Positions 29,801 to 41,142 of a stretch of DNA of 64,000 nucleotides are shown piece after piece. A model generated the notes under the pieces. The model saw nothing but the letters and a program-made list of their open reading frames with translations. It searched no databases and had not been told where the DNA came from. The stretch is taken from contig JAZKFV010000021.1 in NCBI GenBank assembly GCA_040386195.1, forward strand, positions 8,923 through 72,922, given 5' to 3'. The position numbers and the translations under genes are program-made. Position 1 is the stretch's first letter. Every line of letters starts with the position of its first letter. Source of the stretch: Pseudomonadota bacterium. GTDB taxonomy: Bacteria > Pseudomonadota > Alphaproteobacteria > Rickettsiales > UBA1997.

Positions 29801-31939
29801 TTCTACCTTAGAAAAGTCAAAAACTTGACCAAACAAATCTTTAATTCTCGCTAAAATCGTCAGCCTATTAATTCTCAAACTGGCGTTATCACAATTCACT
29901 TCCACATTATCAAAAAAACCTTTTATCGGCAATTCCAAATCTGATAAAGCCAGCAATGCTGCGGATAAATCATTATGTTTTAAATCTTTTTTAACCAACT
30001 TATTTACAATCCTAACTTTTTTATAGAGCAATCTTTCATATTTTGTTTTCAGCGCAATCAAAGAAATTTTGCCATCATATTTTTTACCATCTTTTTTTTC
30101 TTCAATCGCCACAATGTTTGAAGCTCTTTTATAAAGCTCAATTATTTTTAAATTAGCCGCATCACCAATAAATTGATTGATAAAAATTGCCTTCTGAGAA
30201 ATTGCTAATAAATCACATTTTTTATTATTTTTATCTTTCAAAACCTCTTCAAAAACCTGATTAACTATATCTGATCGGAGCACAAATTGATCTTTCAAAT
30301 ACACTTTATTTCTCTCAATAAAAAATTGAATAATTTCTACCGATAATTTTGTTTTAATTTCTTTAATTTCAGCATTATTTTTATCCGGACAAATCGTCTT
30401 CAAAGCCTTAGATGGAAAAGTGTTAAGCGCCTGATCGACTACAATTTTTAACGGCAAAGAAATTTTACTCTCAAAAATAATTTTGATAATTCCAAGTGCC
30501 GCCCTTCTAAGTGCGAATGGATCTTTTGAGGCAGTTGGTTTTTCATCAGCTAAAAACAAACTGCAAATATTATCAACCTTATCCGAAATCGCCGCAACAA
30601 TGCCCAAAGGCGTTTGTGGCAATTCGCTATTTTGTCCGGTTGGTAAATATTGTTCGGCAATTGCCACCGAAATTTCTTCTGGCTCGCCTTGAATTTTAGC
30701 ATAATATTTTCCAACCACACCTTGCAATTCAGTTAATTCGGCAACAGTTTTAGTAGTTAAATCATTTTTGGATAAATCCGCTAGCCTTTCTGCCATTGAT
30801 AATTTGGCATCCGCAACCCAAATGACAATAAATTTATTAAGAATTTCCAAACGCTTTACCTTGTCATAAAGCGAACCGAGTTTTTTGTGGAAAATAATAT
30901 TTTTCAGTAACTCCACTCGAGATTTGAAAGGAATTTTTAAATCTTCTTCAATATAAAACTTAGCGTCAGAAAGTCTGGCGCGAACAACTTTTTCATTATC
31001 AGCAATGATCTTGCCGATATTGAATTCATTGGTTTTAACGTTGCTAACAAAAATAAAATTTAATGAATTTTTATTCTTAAATAAAATTGCTTTTTGATGA
31101 AGTTTAATAGTTAACTCCAAAACTTCTTCCGGCAAATCTTTAAATTGATCATCAATCTTACCAATCAAAACTTGCGGATATTCCACTAAACCAGTGATTT
31201 CATCGATTAATTTAGAGTTTTTTTCTACCGAATCAGGATCAATTTTTTTGATTTCATCAACAATAATTTCTCTTCTTTTTGCCCAATCTAAAATAACAAA
31301 ACTTTCTTCTAGCTGATTTTTATAATCAATAAAATCAAGGATTTGCAAAGGTTTTTTGCCAGCAAGCAAATGACCAAAAGTTTGATTATTAGATTTCAAA
31401 TTAGCAAATTCAAAGCTCAAAACTTTGCCATTAAAAATTGCCAAAATATTTCGAATTGGTCGCACCCAATTTGATTGTTTTTTTAGATCAATTAAATCCA
31501 TTGATTTGATCCAAGTTCCTGACATTTTTTGCAGAATAATGTGCAGATTTTTTTCTAAAATTTCAGCAGTGTTAATTTTTATTTCCGGCTGTTTATAAAA
31601 ATAATATTCGCCATTATCACGAGTAATTTTTTCTAAATCATTAATATCAGAAACGCCGACAGATTTTATAAAGCCTTGAATTGCCCCAGCTGGCGCATCA
31701 ATTTTCGGACCCATTTTATTTGCCGCTGGGCTGATTTGCTCTATATCCAAATTTTGCACTAACAAAACTAATCTTCTTGGCGTGATAAAAGTTTTTAAAT
31801 TTTCTTCAGCAAATTTAATATTTTGCTTAATAAAAAATTCGGCAAAAATTTTCCGAAAATCATCCACCGCCTTTTGCTGCATACGCGCAGGAATTTCTTC
31901 ACTATAAATCTCAATTAATAATTCTTTTTCCCTTGGCAT
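29789..31939 (-). CDS. glyS: Glycine--tRNA ligase beta subunit
   Basis: LLIEIYSEEIPARMQ, TPRRL, WVRPIR, ARLSDAKF, ELQG.VG, SKDPFALRRAALG; start ATG 31939. Confidence 0.96.
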   Translation of the reverse strand: MPREKELLIEIYSEEIPARMQQKAVDDFRKIFAEFFIKQNIKFAEENLKTFITPRRLVLLVQNLDIEQISPAANKMGPKIDAPAGAIQGFIKSVGVSDINDLEKITRDNGEYYFYKQPEIKINTAEILEKNLHIILQKMSGTWIKSMDLIDLKKQSNWVRPIRNILAIFNGKVLSFEFANLKSNNQTFGHLLAGKKPLQILDFIDYKNQLEESFVILDWAKRREIIVDEIKKIDPDSVEKNSKLIDEITGLVEYPQVLIGKIDDQFKDLPEEVLELTIKLHQKAILFKNKNSLNFIFVSNVKTNEFNIGKIIADNEKVVRARLSDAKFYIEEDLKIPFKSRVELLKNIIFHKKLGSLYDKVKRLEILNKFIVIWVADAKLSMAERLADLSKNDLTTKTVAELTELQGVVGKYYAKIQGEPEEISVAIAEQYLPTGQNSELPQTPLGIVAAISDKVDNICSLFLADEKPTASKDPFALRRAALGIIKIIFESKISLPLKIVVDQALNTFPSKALKTICPDKNNAEIKEIKTKLSVEIIQFFIERNKVYLKDQFVLRSDIVNQVFEEVLKDKNNKKCDLLAISQKAIFINQFIGDAANLKIIELYKRASNIVAIEEKKDGKKYDGKISLIALKTKYERLLYKKVRIVNKLVKKDLKHNDLSAALLALSDLELPIKGFFDNVEVNCDNASLRINRLTILARIKDLFGQVFDFSKVELAN

Positions 31940-31940
31940 T

Positions 31941-32480
31941 TTATATTTTGGTTGAAATTGCAATTGCCATTTTGCTGGCATTTTTGATGATAAAACTAAG
32001 TGGTTTATAAATTGTTAAATCTTCGGCGTGATGCGCCAAACCTATGTCGCGATGCTCCAACTCTTCTTGTCTAAATTGTTCAATTTTTTCTTTTAATTCT
32101 GCGTCAGCTTCTAGATTATTCAGCTGCTCTTGATAATGCTCGTCAATCACCTCTTCTACCGCAACCGTACAAGCCATCGCCGCCTTTTTGCCCATTGCCG
32201 CAGTTATAAAACCCAAAGCAAAACCAGCAACTTGCCAAAGTGGTTGCATCAAGGTTGGACGCACTTTTTGCTCAACCATTTTCTGATTAAAATAATTAAA
32301 ATGAACCTCTTCTTGCTCTTGCATATGTTCAATCAAATCAACGGTTGGTTGATCTTTTTTAAATTTAAAAACTGCCAGCTGCCCTTTATAAATCTGCTTC
32401 GCACCATATTCTCCGGCGTGATTAACGCGGATTGCTTGGTGAAGTTTTTGTTCTTGAGTTTGGTCGTTTAAATTTTTCAT
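31941..32480 (-). CDS. coq7: Demethoxyubiquinone hydroxylase (di-iron Coq7)
   Basis: IRVNHAGEYGA..IY.GQ, E..H, ACTVAVEEVIDEHY, EELEH. Confidence 0.95.
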   Translation of the reverse strand: MKNLNDQTQEQKLHQAIRVNHAGEYGAKQIYKGQLAVFKFKKDQPTVDLIEHMQEQEEVHFNYFNQKMVEQKVRPTLMQPLWQVAGFALGFITAAMGKKAAMACTVAVEEVIDEHYQEQLNNLEADAELKEKIEQFRQEELEHRDIGLAHHAEDLTIYKPLSFIIKNASKMAIAISTKI

Positions 32481-32497
32481 TTATTTGCTAATTTAGC

Positions 32498-32565
32498 TGT
32501 CATCCTGAACGAAGTGAAGGATCTCTCTATGTTGGATGAGATCCTTCACTTCGTTCAGGATGACA
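32498..32565. repeat. 68-bp palindromic repeat with perfect 28-bp arms
   Basis: TGTCATCCTGAACGAAGTGAAGGATCTC-TCTATGTTGGAT-GAGATCCTTCACTTCGTTCAGGATGACA between trxB and coq7. Confidence 0.95.
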
Positions 32566-32572
32566 AACATCG

Positions 32573-33511
32573 CTAATGCGCTAAAAATTTTTCCACCTCT
32601 AAAGCCGCCATACAACCAGTTCCAGCCGCAGTCACAGCTTGGCGATAGATTTTATCTTGCACATCACCAGCAGCGTAAATTCCTTTTAAACTAGTTTGAG
32701 TTGTGCCAGCTTTAGTGATTATATAGCCTTCCAAATCAAGCTCTAAGCCGGTTTGTTTAAATAAATCAGTATTTGGTTTATGACCAATGGCAATGAAAAT
32801 TCCGTCAATTTTCATTTCTTTCAAAGAGCCATTAACTGAATTTTTTAAGATCGCGCCGGTAACATTATTGGGATTTTCAGTGCCAGTAACCTCCTGCAAT
32901 TGATGATTCCAAATCACTTCAATTTTGGGATTTTTAAATAAACGATCTTGCAAAATTTTCTCCGCTTTAAATTTATCTTTTCTATGCACAATATAAACTT
33001 TGCTGCAATGATTAGTTAAATATAAAGCCTCTTCAACCGCGCTATTGCCGCCACCAACCACAATCACTTCTTTGTTTTTGAAGAAAAATCCATCACAAGT
33101 AGCGCAGCCTGAAACACCAAAACCTTGATATTTTTTTTCCGATTCTAAGCCCAACCATTTTGCTTGCGCGCCGGTGCAAATAATCACTGAATCAGCTTCG
33201 TAAATATCATCAGATTCACCAATTAATTTGAATGGGCGATTAGAAAAATCGACTTCTTTAATGTGATCATAAATCACTTTTGTGCCCACATGTTCAGCTT
33301 GTGCATTCATTTGCTCCATCAGCCACGGGCCTTGAATGGCAGTTGCAAATCCGGGATAATTTTCAACATCAGTAGTGATTGTTAATTGTCCTCCAGGTTG
33401 AATGCCGTTAATTACGATTGGTTCTAAATTGGCACGAGCCGCATAAATTGCAGCACTAAGCCCAGCTGGGCCTGATCCTAAAATAATTACTTTTGTTTTA
33501 TGTGTTGTCAT
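32573..33511 (-). CDS. trxB: Thioredoxin reductase
   Basis: GSGPAG, GGQL..T..VENYPG, CATCDG, GGGNSAVEEA, AAGDV.D. Confidence 0.97.
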   Translation of the reverse strand: MTTHKTKVIILGSGPAGLSAAIYAARANLEPIVINGIQPGGQLTITTDVENYPGFATAIQGPWLMEQMNAQAEHVGTKVIYDHIKEVDFSNRPFKLIGESDDIYEADSVIICTGAQAKWLGLESEKKYQGFGVSGCATCDGFFFKNKEVIVVGGGNSAVEEALYLTNHCSKVYIVHRKDKFKAEKILQDRLFKNPKIEVIWNHQLQEVTGTENPNNVTGAILKNSVNGSLKEMKIDGIFIAIGHKPNTDLFKQTGLELDLEGYIITKAGTTQTSLKGIYAAGDVQDKIYRQAVTAAGTGCMAALEVEKFLAH

Positions 33512-33535
33512 ATTTTTTAATTATTAATTTTTTAA

Positions 33536-35125
33536 CTAAACCATTTTTCTAGCATCAAGAATTTCTTCCCAATCCGAAATTTTAATTTTCCCCTCACCGC
33601 CCTGCTCGTTTAAAAAGCCTAATTCCAAAGCTGCTGATTTTAAAGTGCCACCAGTTTTGTGAGCGTGTTTGGCAATTTTTGCAGCGTTGTCGTAGCCGAT
33701 ATATGGATTAAGCGCAGTGACTAACATCAAAGATTGTTCAAGCAATTGTTTGATGCGCGCCTCATTAGCTTCTATTCCAACTAAACAATTATCAATAAAG
33801 CTGTTAATGCCATCAGAAAGCAAATTGATTGACTCCACAACATTACGAATAATCATCGGACGAAACACATTCAACTCAAAATGCCCTTGCATTCCACCAG
33901 TTGTAACTGCCACATTATTGCCAATCACTTGGCAAGCAATCATAGTTAAGGCTTCACATTGCGTTGGATTAACTTTTCCAGGCATAATTGAAGATCCGGG
34001 TTCGTTTTCAGGAAGAGAAATTTCTCCTAAACCAGAACGCGGACCAGAGGCTAGAAAGCGAATGTCGTTGGCAATTTTCATTGTGGCTGCGGCTAGGCTG
34101 TTAAAGGAGCCGGAGAGTTGCACCAAATCATCATTACATCCCAAAGCGGTAAATTTATTGGGATGAGTGTGAAATAATCCGTCAGTTTCTTGAAGGGCGA
34201 TTCTAAAAAAGCTACTTTCTTTAATTTTAAACATTCCATTCTCAGCGCGAACTCTGGCAAAATCTAATTCGCCAAGTTTGTTATATAAATTTTTAATACC
34301 ACTAACAACGCTTACTTGCTGAGCAAATTCTTCAGCAAATTTTGGATGGCAATTGAGTCCCGTTCCAACCGCAGTGCCGCCTTGCGCCAAAAAATGAACT
34401 TGCAAAAGACTTTGAGAAATATTCAACATTGCATTAGAAATTTGCACTTTATAAGCGCCAAATTCTTGTCCTAAAGTGACTGGTGTTGCATCTTGCGTGT
34501 GAGTTCTACCAATTTTTACAATCGCTTTAAACTCATTTTCTTTTTTGGCTAATTCATTATTAAATCTTGCTAATGTTGGTAAAAGTTTTTCATAAACCGC
34601 TAGAACAGATGCAATGTTCATCGCCGTTGGAAAAGTGTCATTAGAACTTTGCCCTAAATTACAATGATCGTTAGGATGAACCGGCGATTTTCCGCCTTTG
34701 GCGCCAGTTGCCTTTTCATTGGCAACTGAAGCGATAACTTCATTAACATTCATATTAGTTTGCGTGCCCGAGCCAGTTTGCCAGACAACTAATGGAAAAT
34801 GGTGAGCGTAGAAATTTTTAAAATCCGCTAAAATAAAATCAACCGCGTCAGCAATTTTATCAGCAATATCGGCGGAGAATTTTTTGAATTCAGTTGAAGA
34901 CGGATCTTGCTTCATTAATTCTTTATTAGTCAGTGCCGCAGCTTTCTTGATATAAAGCATTGCACGAATAACTTCTTTGGGCATTTTGTGTCCAGCATTG
35001 TCAGTGCAAATTGGAAAGTTCTGAACTGAACGCTGAGTTTGCGCGCCGTAATAAGCATCAGCTGGCACTTGAATTTCTCCGAATGAATCGGTTTCAATGC
35101 GGAAGTTTTTTGTATTTGAAGTCAT
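33536..35125 (-). CDS. fumC: Class II fumarate hydratase with internal insertions
   Basis: [49 protein letters not shown]; 529 aa. Confidence 0.95.
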   Translation of the reverse strand: MTSNTKNFRIETDSFGEIQVPADAYYGAQTQRSVQNFPICTDNAGHKMPKEVIRAMLYIKKAAALTNKELMKQDPSSTEFKKFSADIADKIADAVDFILADFKNFYAHHFPLVVWQTGSGTQTNMNVNEVIASVANEKATGAKGGKSPVHPNDHCNLGQSSNDTFPTAMNIASVLAVYEKLLPTLARFNNELAKKENEFKAIVKIGRTHTQDATPVTLGQEFGAYKVQISNAMLNISQSLLQVHFLAQGGTAVGTGLNCHPKFAEEFAQQVSVVSGIKNLYNKLGELDFARVRAENGMFKIKESSFFRIALQETDGLFHTHPNKFTALGCNDDLVQLSGSFNSLAAATMKIANDIRFLASGPRSGLGEISLPENEPGSSIMPGKVNPTQCEALTMIACQVIGNNVAVTTGGMQGHFELNVFRPMIIRNVVESINLLSDGINSFIDNCLVGIEANEARIKQLLEQSLMLVTALNPYIGYDNAAKIAKHAHKTGGTLKSAALELGFLNEQGGEGKIKISDWEEILDARKMV

Positions 35126-35139
35126 AATTAATTGATAAT

Positions 35140-36564
35140 TTAAAGTGATAAAACAAAGTTAATTCTTTTAGAAATTTCATCTTTCCCTAAAATTTCTACT
35201 ACATCAAAAACCCCACCAGCTGAAGCTGAAGAGAAGGTTAAGGCAATTCTGAGTGCTGGTCCAAAATCTTTTATTTTTAAATTTTTAGCAGCAGCAAAAT
35301 TATTAAACGCATCTTTAATTCCGTCGTGATTCCAATTTTCAATTGCACTTAAAACTGCTTTTAATTCCATCAATAAATCGGTTTTGCTTTTGATAATTTC
35401 TAAATCTTTTTCATCTAAATTTTTGGTGAAGCCATCAGCATAAACCATTGCCGGCTCAATTAAATCGCTAATTTTTATAGCTCGTTCTTTGATAAATTTT
35501 AAAGCACGAATAATTTTTACTTTGTCATCCTGAGTGTAGCGAAGGATCTCAGTATGTTGGGCGAGATCCTTCGCTTTGCTCAGGATGACAGCCAACAATT
35601 CTTCTTCGGATTTTTCTTTAATGTAATGTTTATTCAAATTATCCAACTTAGCAAAATCAAACCGCGCCGGGCTTTTGCCAACATTCTCTAAACCAAACCA
35701 CTCAATTGCCTGAGCATCAGAAATAATTTCTTCATTGCCGTGCGACCAACCTAATCTTAATAAATAATTTCGCAGCGCTTCCGGCAAATAACCCATTTCT
35801 TGATATTCCATCACCGAAGTTGCGCCGTGGCGTTTGGACATTTTGGTGCCATCGCTTCCGTAGATTAAAGGAATGTGAGCGAACTGGGGAACATTCCAAT
35901 TCATTGCTTGATAAATAATTTTTTGGCGGAAAGCATTGGTTAAATGATCGTCGCCTCTAATGATGTGAGAAATATTCATATCGTGATCGTCAACCACAAC
36001 AGCCAACATATAAGTTGGCGTGCCGTCGGAGCGCAGCATTACCAAATCATCTAACTCAGAATTTGCAACTCTCACCTCGCCTTGCACTAGGTCTTTAATC
36101 ACAGTTTCACCATCAATTGGTGCTTTGATTCTGATTACTGGTTTTACTAAGCTGGTTTGTGATTGTGATTTATTTCTCCACTCACTTTTAAAACGAAAAA
36201 CAGTATTATCTCCTTTGGCTTTTTTTTCTGCTGCCGCGCGCATTTCTTCCAATTCTTCAGCAGAAGTATAACAATAATAAGCCTGATCTTTTTCTAATAA
36301 TTCCAACGCAACTTTTTTGTGGCGCTCAAGATTTTTTGATTGCAAAACAATTTCATCATCATGTTTTAACCCAAGCCATGAAAGCCCATCAACTATAGCT
36401 TGAACCGCTTCATCAGTTGATCTTTTTTGATCGGTATCTTCGATTCTTAAAAGAAATTTTCCACCATTATGTTTGGCAAAGAGATAATTAAATAATGCAG
36501 TTCTTGCGCCGCCAATATGCAAAAATCCAGTTGGTGAGGGAGCAAAACGAGTGATGATTGTCAT
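35140..36564 (-). CDS. gltX: Glutamate--tRNA ligase containing an in-frame palindromic repeat
   Basis: [33 protein letters not shown]; start ATG 36564. Confidence 0.97.
   Translation of the reverse strand: MTIITRFAPSPTGFLHIGGARTALFNYLFAKHNGGKFLLRIEDTDQKRSTDEAVQAIVDGLSWLGLKHDDEIVLQSKNLERHKKVALELLEKDQAYYCYTSAEELEEMRAAAEKKAKGDNTVFRFKSEWRNKSQSQTSLVKPVIRIKAPIDGETVIKDLVQGEVRVANSELDDLVMLRSDGTPTYMLAVVVDDHDMNISHIIRGDDHLTNAFRQKIIYQAMNWNVPQFAHIPLIYGSDGTKMSKRHGATSVMEYQEMGYLPEALRNYLLRLGWSHGNEEIISDAQAIEWFGLENVGKSPARFDFAKLDNLNKHYIKEKSEEELLAVILSKAKDLAQHTEILRYTQDDKVKIIRALKFIKERAIKISDLIEPAMVYADGFTKNLDEKDLEIIKSKTDLLMELKAVLSAIENWNHDGIKDAFNNFAAAKNLKIKDFGPALRIALTFSSASAGGVFDVVEILGKDEISKRINFVLSL
35523..35590. repeat. 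68-bp palindromic repeat inside the gltX coding sequence
   Basis: TGTCATCCTGAGTGTAGCGAAGGATCTC-AGTATGTTGGGC-GAGATCCTTCGCTTTGCTCAGGATGACA; same length, similar arms and same loop core (TATGTTGG) as 32498-32565. Confidence 0.95.
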
Positions 36565-36728
36565 TAATAATTTGTTTATTTTTTTTGGATCACAACAATT
36601 CACTAAAGCAAATTGTAATTGATTAAATTGTTGACTTAAATTGGTATTAAATAGAATATATTTTTCTTCTTGTGAGCGCTCACCATATATTACCGAAACT
36701 TTAAAATAAATAACAATTTCTTGAGGCT

Positions 36729-38462
36729 ATGACTAAGAATATTGATAATTCTGATATTAAAAATTCTCCAATTAACTCTGGTGATATAGGCTCTCGATTA
36801 TTAGAAAAAAAAGTTATCTCTGAAGATCAATTAAATGTTGCTCTTAAAGAACAAATCAGAACTCAAAATAAAAAAACCATTGGCGCTATTTTGGTTGATA
36901 TGGGCGTTATCAGTGAAGGCGCACTTGGTGAAATTTTGAACGAATCTTCCGGTATTAAAAAATTTGATATCAAAGCTTCAATCATTGACCCAAGATTAGT
37001 CAAAAAAGTTTCCAAAGATTTTGCCACTCGCAATAAATTAATCCCAGTTTCTTACGCCAAAAATGAAGTGACTATCGCAATGTCCGATGTTTTTGATATT
37101 GTTGCGATTGATCAAGTTAAAAGATTTTTCCCACCTCATTTTGCCATTCATCCGGTCTATGCTTCCGAGCCTGATATTATACAAGCCATTGACCAATATT
37201 ATGGTTATGAAATGTCAATCGAAGGAATTTTAAAAGAGATTGAGAGTGGTGATGTAACTGCTGATGAAAATCAGTTGAAAGGCGATTATAAAAGCCCGAT
37301 GGTGCGCTTAGTTGATTCAATTTTAACTGACGCAGTTCATAGCGGCGCATCAGATTTGCACTTTGAACCAGAAGCATTATTTCTGAGAATTCGTTATCGC
37401 ATTGATGGCAAAATGGTGCAAATTAGAAGTATTCACAAAGATTATTGGTCATCAATTGCAGTTAGAATTAAAATTATTTCAGGAATGAATATTGCTGAAA
37501 ATAGAAAGCCGCAAGATGGTCGAATGAACTCCGAAATTTTAGGCAGAAAAATTGATTTTCGGGTTTCAACTCAGCCAACTATTCATGGCGAAAATATTGT
37601 GATGCGTATTTTGGATGAGAAAAAATCAATCCTTTCTTTAGAATCGCTTGGTTTTACAACTCACGGAATTAATTTAATCAAAAAACTTATCCAAAGACCA
37701 GAAGGCGTTATAATTATGACTGGCCCAACTGGCTCAGGCAAAACTACCACGCTTTATACTCTTCTTAATTATATCAACTCGATTGATAAAAATATTATGA
37801 CTTTGGAAGATCCAGTCGAATATCGCATTCCACTGATCAGACAATCAAATATTAAAAGTGAAGTGGGAATGGATTTTGCTTCCGGTATCAGATCTTTACT
37901 CAGACAAGATCCGGATGTTATTTTGGTTGGAGAAATTAGAGATAAAGACACTGCCATCACCGCCATTCAAGCCGCAATGACTGGTCACCAAGTTTATAGC
38001 TCGCTACATACTAACGACGCTCTTGGTGCAATTCCGCGTTTGATGAATATGGGAGTTCCCAATTATTTAATGGGCGGCACTTTAATTTGCGTTATCGCAC
38101 AAAGATTGGCTAGAAAAATTTGTATTCATTGCAAAGTTGAAGAACCAATCAGCACTTTTGATCGGCGCATCATTGGTGAAAAATATCATAATATTAAAAA
38201 TTTATGCAAAGGCGCTGGCTGCGAAAAATGTGGTGGATCAGGTTATAAAGGGCGAATCGTTATCGCTGAAATTCTACCTTTTGATCGCGAGTTAGACGAA
38301 TTAGTAGCCAATGGCACTAGTCGAAAAGATATGTATGATTACATTATTAAAAAAGGCTTTGTGCCTATGGCTGAAGATGGAATTCAAAAAGTAATCAGCG
38401 GAGTTACTGATATTAAAGAATTAATGCGAGTGGTTGATATGACTGATCGGATTGATATTTAG
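36729..38462 (+). CDS. GspE/PilB-family assembly ATPase with MshEN-like N-terminus
   Basis: ASDLHFEP, PQDGR, Walker A GPTGSGKTT, LEDPVE, LRQDPDVILVGEIRD, CxxC...CxxC. Confidence 0.93.
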   Translation: MTKNIDNSDIKNSPINSGDIGSRLLEKKVISEDQLNVALKEQIRTQNKKTIGAILVDMGVISEGALGEILNESSGIKKFDIKASIIDPRLVKKVSKDFATRNKLIPVSYAKNEVTIAMSDVFDIVAIDQVKRFFPPHFAIHPVYASEPDIIQAIDQYYGYEMSIEGILKEIESGDVTADENQLKGDYKSPMVRLVDSILTDAVHSGASDLHFEPEALFLRIRYRIDGKMVQIRSIHKDYWSSIAVRIKIISGMNIAENRKPQDGRMNSEILGRKIDFRVSTQPTIHGENIVMRILDEKKSILSLESLGFTTHGINLIKKLIQRPEGVIIMTGPTGSGKTTTLYTLLNYINSIDKNIMTLEDPVEYRIPLIRQSNIKSEVGMDFASGIRSLLRQDPDVILVGEIRDKDTAITAIQAAMTGHQVYSSLHTNDALGAIPRLMNMGVPNYLMGGTLICVIAQRLARKICIHCKVEEPISTFDRRIIGEKYHNIKNLCKGAGCEKCGGSGYKGRIVIAEILPFDRELDELVANGTSRKDMYDYIIKKGFVPMAEDGIQKVISGVTDIKELMRVVDMTDRIDI

Positions 38463-38520
38463 AATTTAGTAAATAGATAGTGGGAAGTTAAAAGTTTTAA
38501 TTATTTTTTTAAATAACAAA

Positions 38521-38916
38521 GTGCAATATAAATCAAATACTAGCGGAGTTGAAGTTTTAGTCAGCCCGGAATATGTCGACAGCCAAGTTCGCAACAATAA
38601 TAGTTTTTTTGTTTGGGCATATCATGTTGAAATCGAAAATAAAAGTTCTGAAACTTTACAGCTGGTGAATCGTTATTGGAAAATTATCGACGAAACAGGT
38701 GTAGTTCAAGAAATTAGCGGTCTTGGCGCGGTTGGCGAACAACCAATTTTAGCTCCTAATGATAATTTTAAATATAGCAGCGGCGTTCATTTGCGTCACC
38801 CTTCTGGAATTATGAGTGGTCATTACGGAATGAAAAGACCGAACGGAGAAATTATTAAAGTTGAAATTCCAGCTTTTTCGTTAGATGTTCCCAGCCTCCA
38901 ATCAGTAGTTAATTAG
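38521..38916 (+). CDS. apaG: ApaG protein
   Basis: [36 protein letters not shown]. Confidence 0.95.
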   Translation: MQYKSNTSGVEVLVSPEYVDSQVRNNNSFFVWAYHVEIENKSSETLQLVNRYWKIIDETGVVQEISGLGAVGEQPILAPNDNFKYSSGVHLRHPSGIMSGHYGMKRPNGEIIKVEIPAFSLDVPSLQSVVN

Positions 38917-39946
38917 ATTTTTTGAACATTTGTAATAATTTAATATTCATCCGATGCCAATCTTTAATCGGCATCGCTGGAATTCCACCAACTGACTGCA
39001 TTGGCGCTATTGATTTACCAACTCCACTAGCGCCAGCAATTTTGGCTCCATCGCCGATTTCTATGTGACCAACAATATTAGCGCTGCCGCCAATTTGTAC
39101 AAATTTACCAATCTTAGTGCTGCCGGCAATGGCGGCGCATCCAGCAATCACAGTTCCCTCACCAATAATAACATTGTGACCAATTTGCACCATATTATCA
39201 ATTTTCACCTGTTTGCCAATCACAGTATTACCAATTGCTCCGCGATCTATGCAAGTTCCAGCACCAATCTCAGCAAAATCGCCAATCTCAACAATTCCCA
39301 GCTGAAGAATTTTTTGTAACTGACCATCATTATAAGCAAAACCAAAACCATCTTGCCCAATTTTTGCACCATTATGAATAATAACATTATCACCAATAAG
39401 ACAATGCGAGATCGCCACTACAGCGTTTATGACAGTTGCGTGACCAATTTGGCAATCGTCCCCAATCACACAATTAGCGCCAATAAAGCAGTTATTACCA
39501 ATTTTAACATTTTCACCAATAATCGCTCCAGCCTTTATTATTGAGCCTTCGCCAATTATTGCTGATTTGGCAATTACCGCTTGGGAAGAAATTTTTTCTG
39601 CCAAATCGTAATGTTTTTTATCATTATAAAATTGTGATAAAAATTTTCCGTAAGCAAAATATGGATTAGCATTAACAATGGCGATCATTGTTTTTGGCGC
39701 TTTGCTCACTGATTTTTCTTCCATAAAACAAAAGCCTGCTTTGCTATCTAAAAATTTTTCTAAATAAGTTGCAGAGTGAAAAAATGAAATTTCATTTTCA
39801 TTGGCATTTTCAATAGTGGCAACATCGTAAATTTTTTTGTTTAAATCATAGTTTGAATTTTCCGGCAATTTTGAGCCAGTAATTTCAAGCACTTGGGCTA
39901 AAGTAAAAAATTCTTTTTTTCGGCTAAAAAAGTTTTTATTGATCAT
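38909..39946 (-). CDS. lpxD: UDP-3-O-acylglucosamine N-acyltransferase
   Basis: Hexapeptide repeats, [25 protein letters not shown]. Confidence 0.96.
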   Translation of the reverse strand: MINKNFFSRKKEFFTLAQVLEITGSKLPENSNYDLNKKIYDVATIENANENEISFFHSATYLEKFLDSKAGFCFMEEKSVSKAPKTMIAIVNANPYFAYGKFLSQFYNDKKHYDLAEKISSQAVIAKSAIIGEGSIIKAGAIIGENVKIGNNCFIGANCVIGDDCQIGHATVINAVVAISHCLIGDNVIIHNGAKIGQDGFGFAYNDGQLQKILQLGIVEIGDFAEIGAGTCIDRGAIGNTVIGKQVKIDNMVQIGHNVIIGEGTVIAGCAAIAGSTKIGKFVQIGGSANIVGHIEIGDGAKIAGASGVGKSIAPMQSVGGIPAMPIKDWHRMNIKLLQMFKKSN

Positions 39947-40026
39947 TTTATTTTTTAAAAATTGATTTTTTGAGGTTTGTTTATAAGCTCCAACGCCTTT
40001 GTTATACTATTAATAAATTAAAAATA

Positions 40027-41142
40027 ATGTCAAAATTTTCTTTCAATTTAAAAGCCAGCGATGGCAATGCTCGCAGAGGCGAAGTGCAAACTGCTCACGG
40101 CACAATTCAAACTCCAGCTTTTATGCCAGTTGGAACTTGCGCCACAGTTAAGGCAATGAAAAATGATGATGTAAAAAAATCCGGCGCTGAAATTATTTTA
40201 GGAAATACTTATCATTTAATGCTGCGCCCTGGAGCTGATTTAATTGCCGAGCTTGGCGGTTTGCATAAATTTATGAATTGGGACAAACCAATCTTAACTG
40301 ATTCAGGAGGCTTTCAGGTTATGTCTTTGGCAGGTATTCGCAAAATAACTGATAATGGCGCTGAATTTTCTTCACATATTGACGGCACAAAATATTTGCT
40401 AACTCCGGAATATTCGATGGAAATTCAACATAAATTAGGCAGCGATATCACCATGATTTTTGATGAATGCATCGCTTATCCGGCAAGTGAGGAAGATGCG
40501 CGCAAAGCTATGACTCGCTCTCTGGCTTGGGCACAAAGATCAAAAGATGCTTTTGTTAAAAGAGATGGTTATGGATTATTTGGCATTGTTCAAGGGGTGA
40601 TTTATGAAAATCTGCGCAAAGAATCAGCTTTGGGATTAATTGATATTGGCTTTGATGGCTATGCAATTGGCGGTTTGGCGGTTGGCGAAGGGCAAGAATT
40701 AATGTTTCAAACTCTTGATTTTACTACGCCATTTTTGCCTCAAGATAAACCGCGCTATTTAATGGGAGTTGGCAAACCTAGCGATATTATTGGCGCGGTA
40801 GCTCGTGGTGTTGATATGTTTGATTGTGTAATTCCAACTCGTTCAGGAAGAAATGGTCAGGCTTTTGTTGCTAGCGGAACGATTAATATTAAAAATGCCC
40901 GCTATAAAAACGATTCAAAACCATTAGAAGAAAATTGCGCTTGCACCGCTTGTCAAAACCACAGCCGCGCTTATTTGCATCATCTGGTTAAAGCCAATGA
41001 AATTTTAGGCGCAATGTTGATGACTGAGCATAATATTTTTTATTATCAAAGTTTGATGGGGAAAATTAGAGAGGCAATTGAGAATGGAACTTTTAAACAA
41101 TTGGTTGTCCAGCCGGGTTTGGCTCAGGATGATGCTCAGTAA
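40027..41142 (+). CDS. tgt: Queuine tRNA-ribosyltransferase
   Basis: [47 protein letters not shown]; start ATG 40027. Confidence 0.97.
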   Translation: MSKFSFNLKASDGNARRGEVQTAHGTIQTPAFMPVGTCATVKAMKNDDVKKSGAEIILGNTYHLMLRPGADLIAELGGLHKFMNWDKPILTDSGGFQVMSLAGIRKITDNGAEFSSHIDGTKYLLTPEYSMEIQHKLGSDITMIFDECIAYPASEEDARKAMTRSLAWAQRSKDAFVKRDGYGLFGIVQGVIYENLRKESALGLIDIGFDGYAIGGLAVGEGQELMFQTLDFTTPFLPQDKPRYLMGVGKPSDIIGAVARGVDMFDCVIPTRSGRNGQAFVASGTINIKNARYKNDSKPLEENCACTACQNHSRAYLHHLVKANEILGAMLMTEHNIFYYQSLMGKIREAIENGTFKQLVVQPGLAQDDAQ

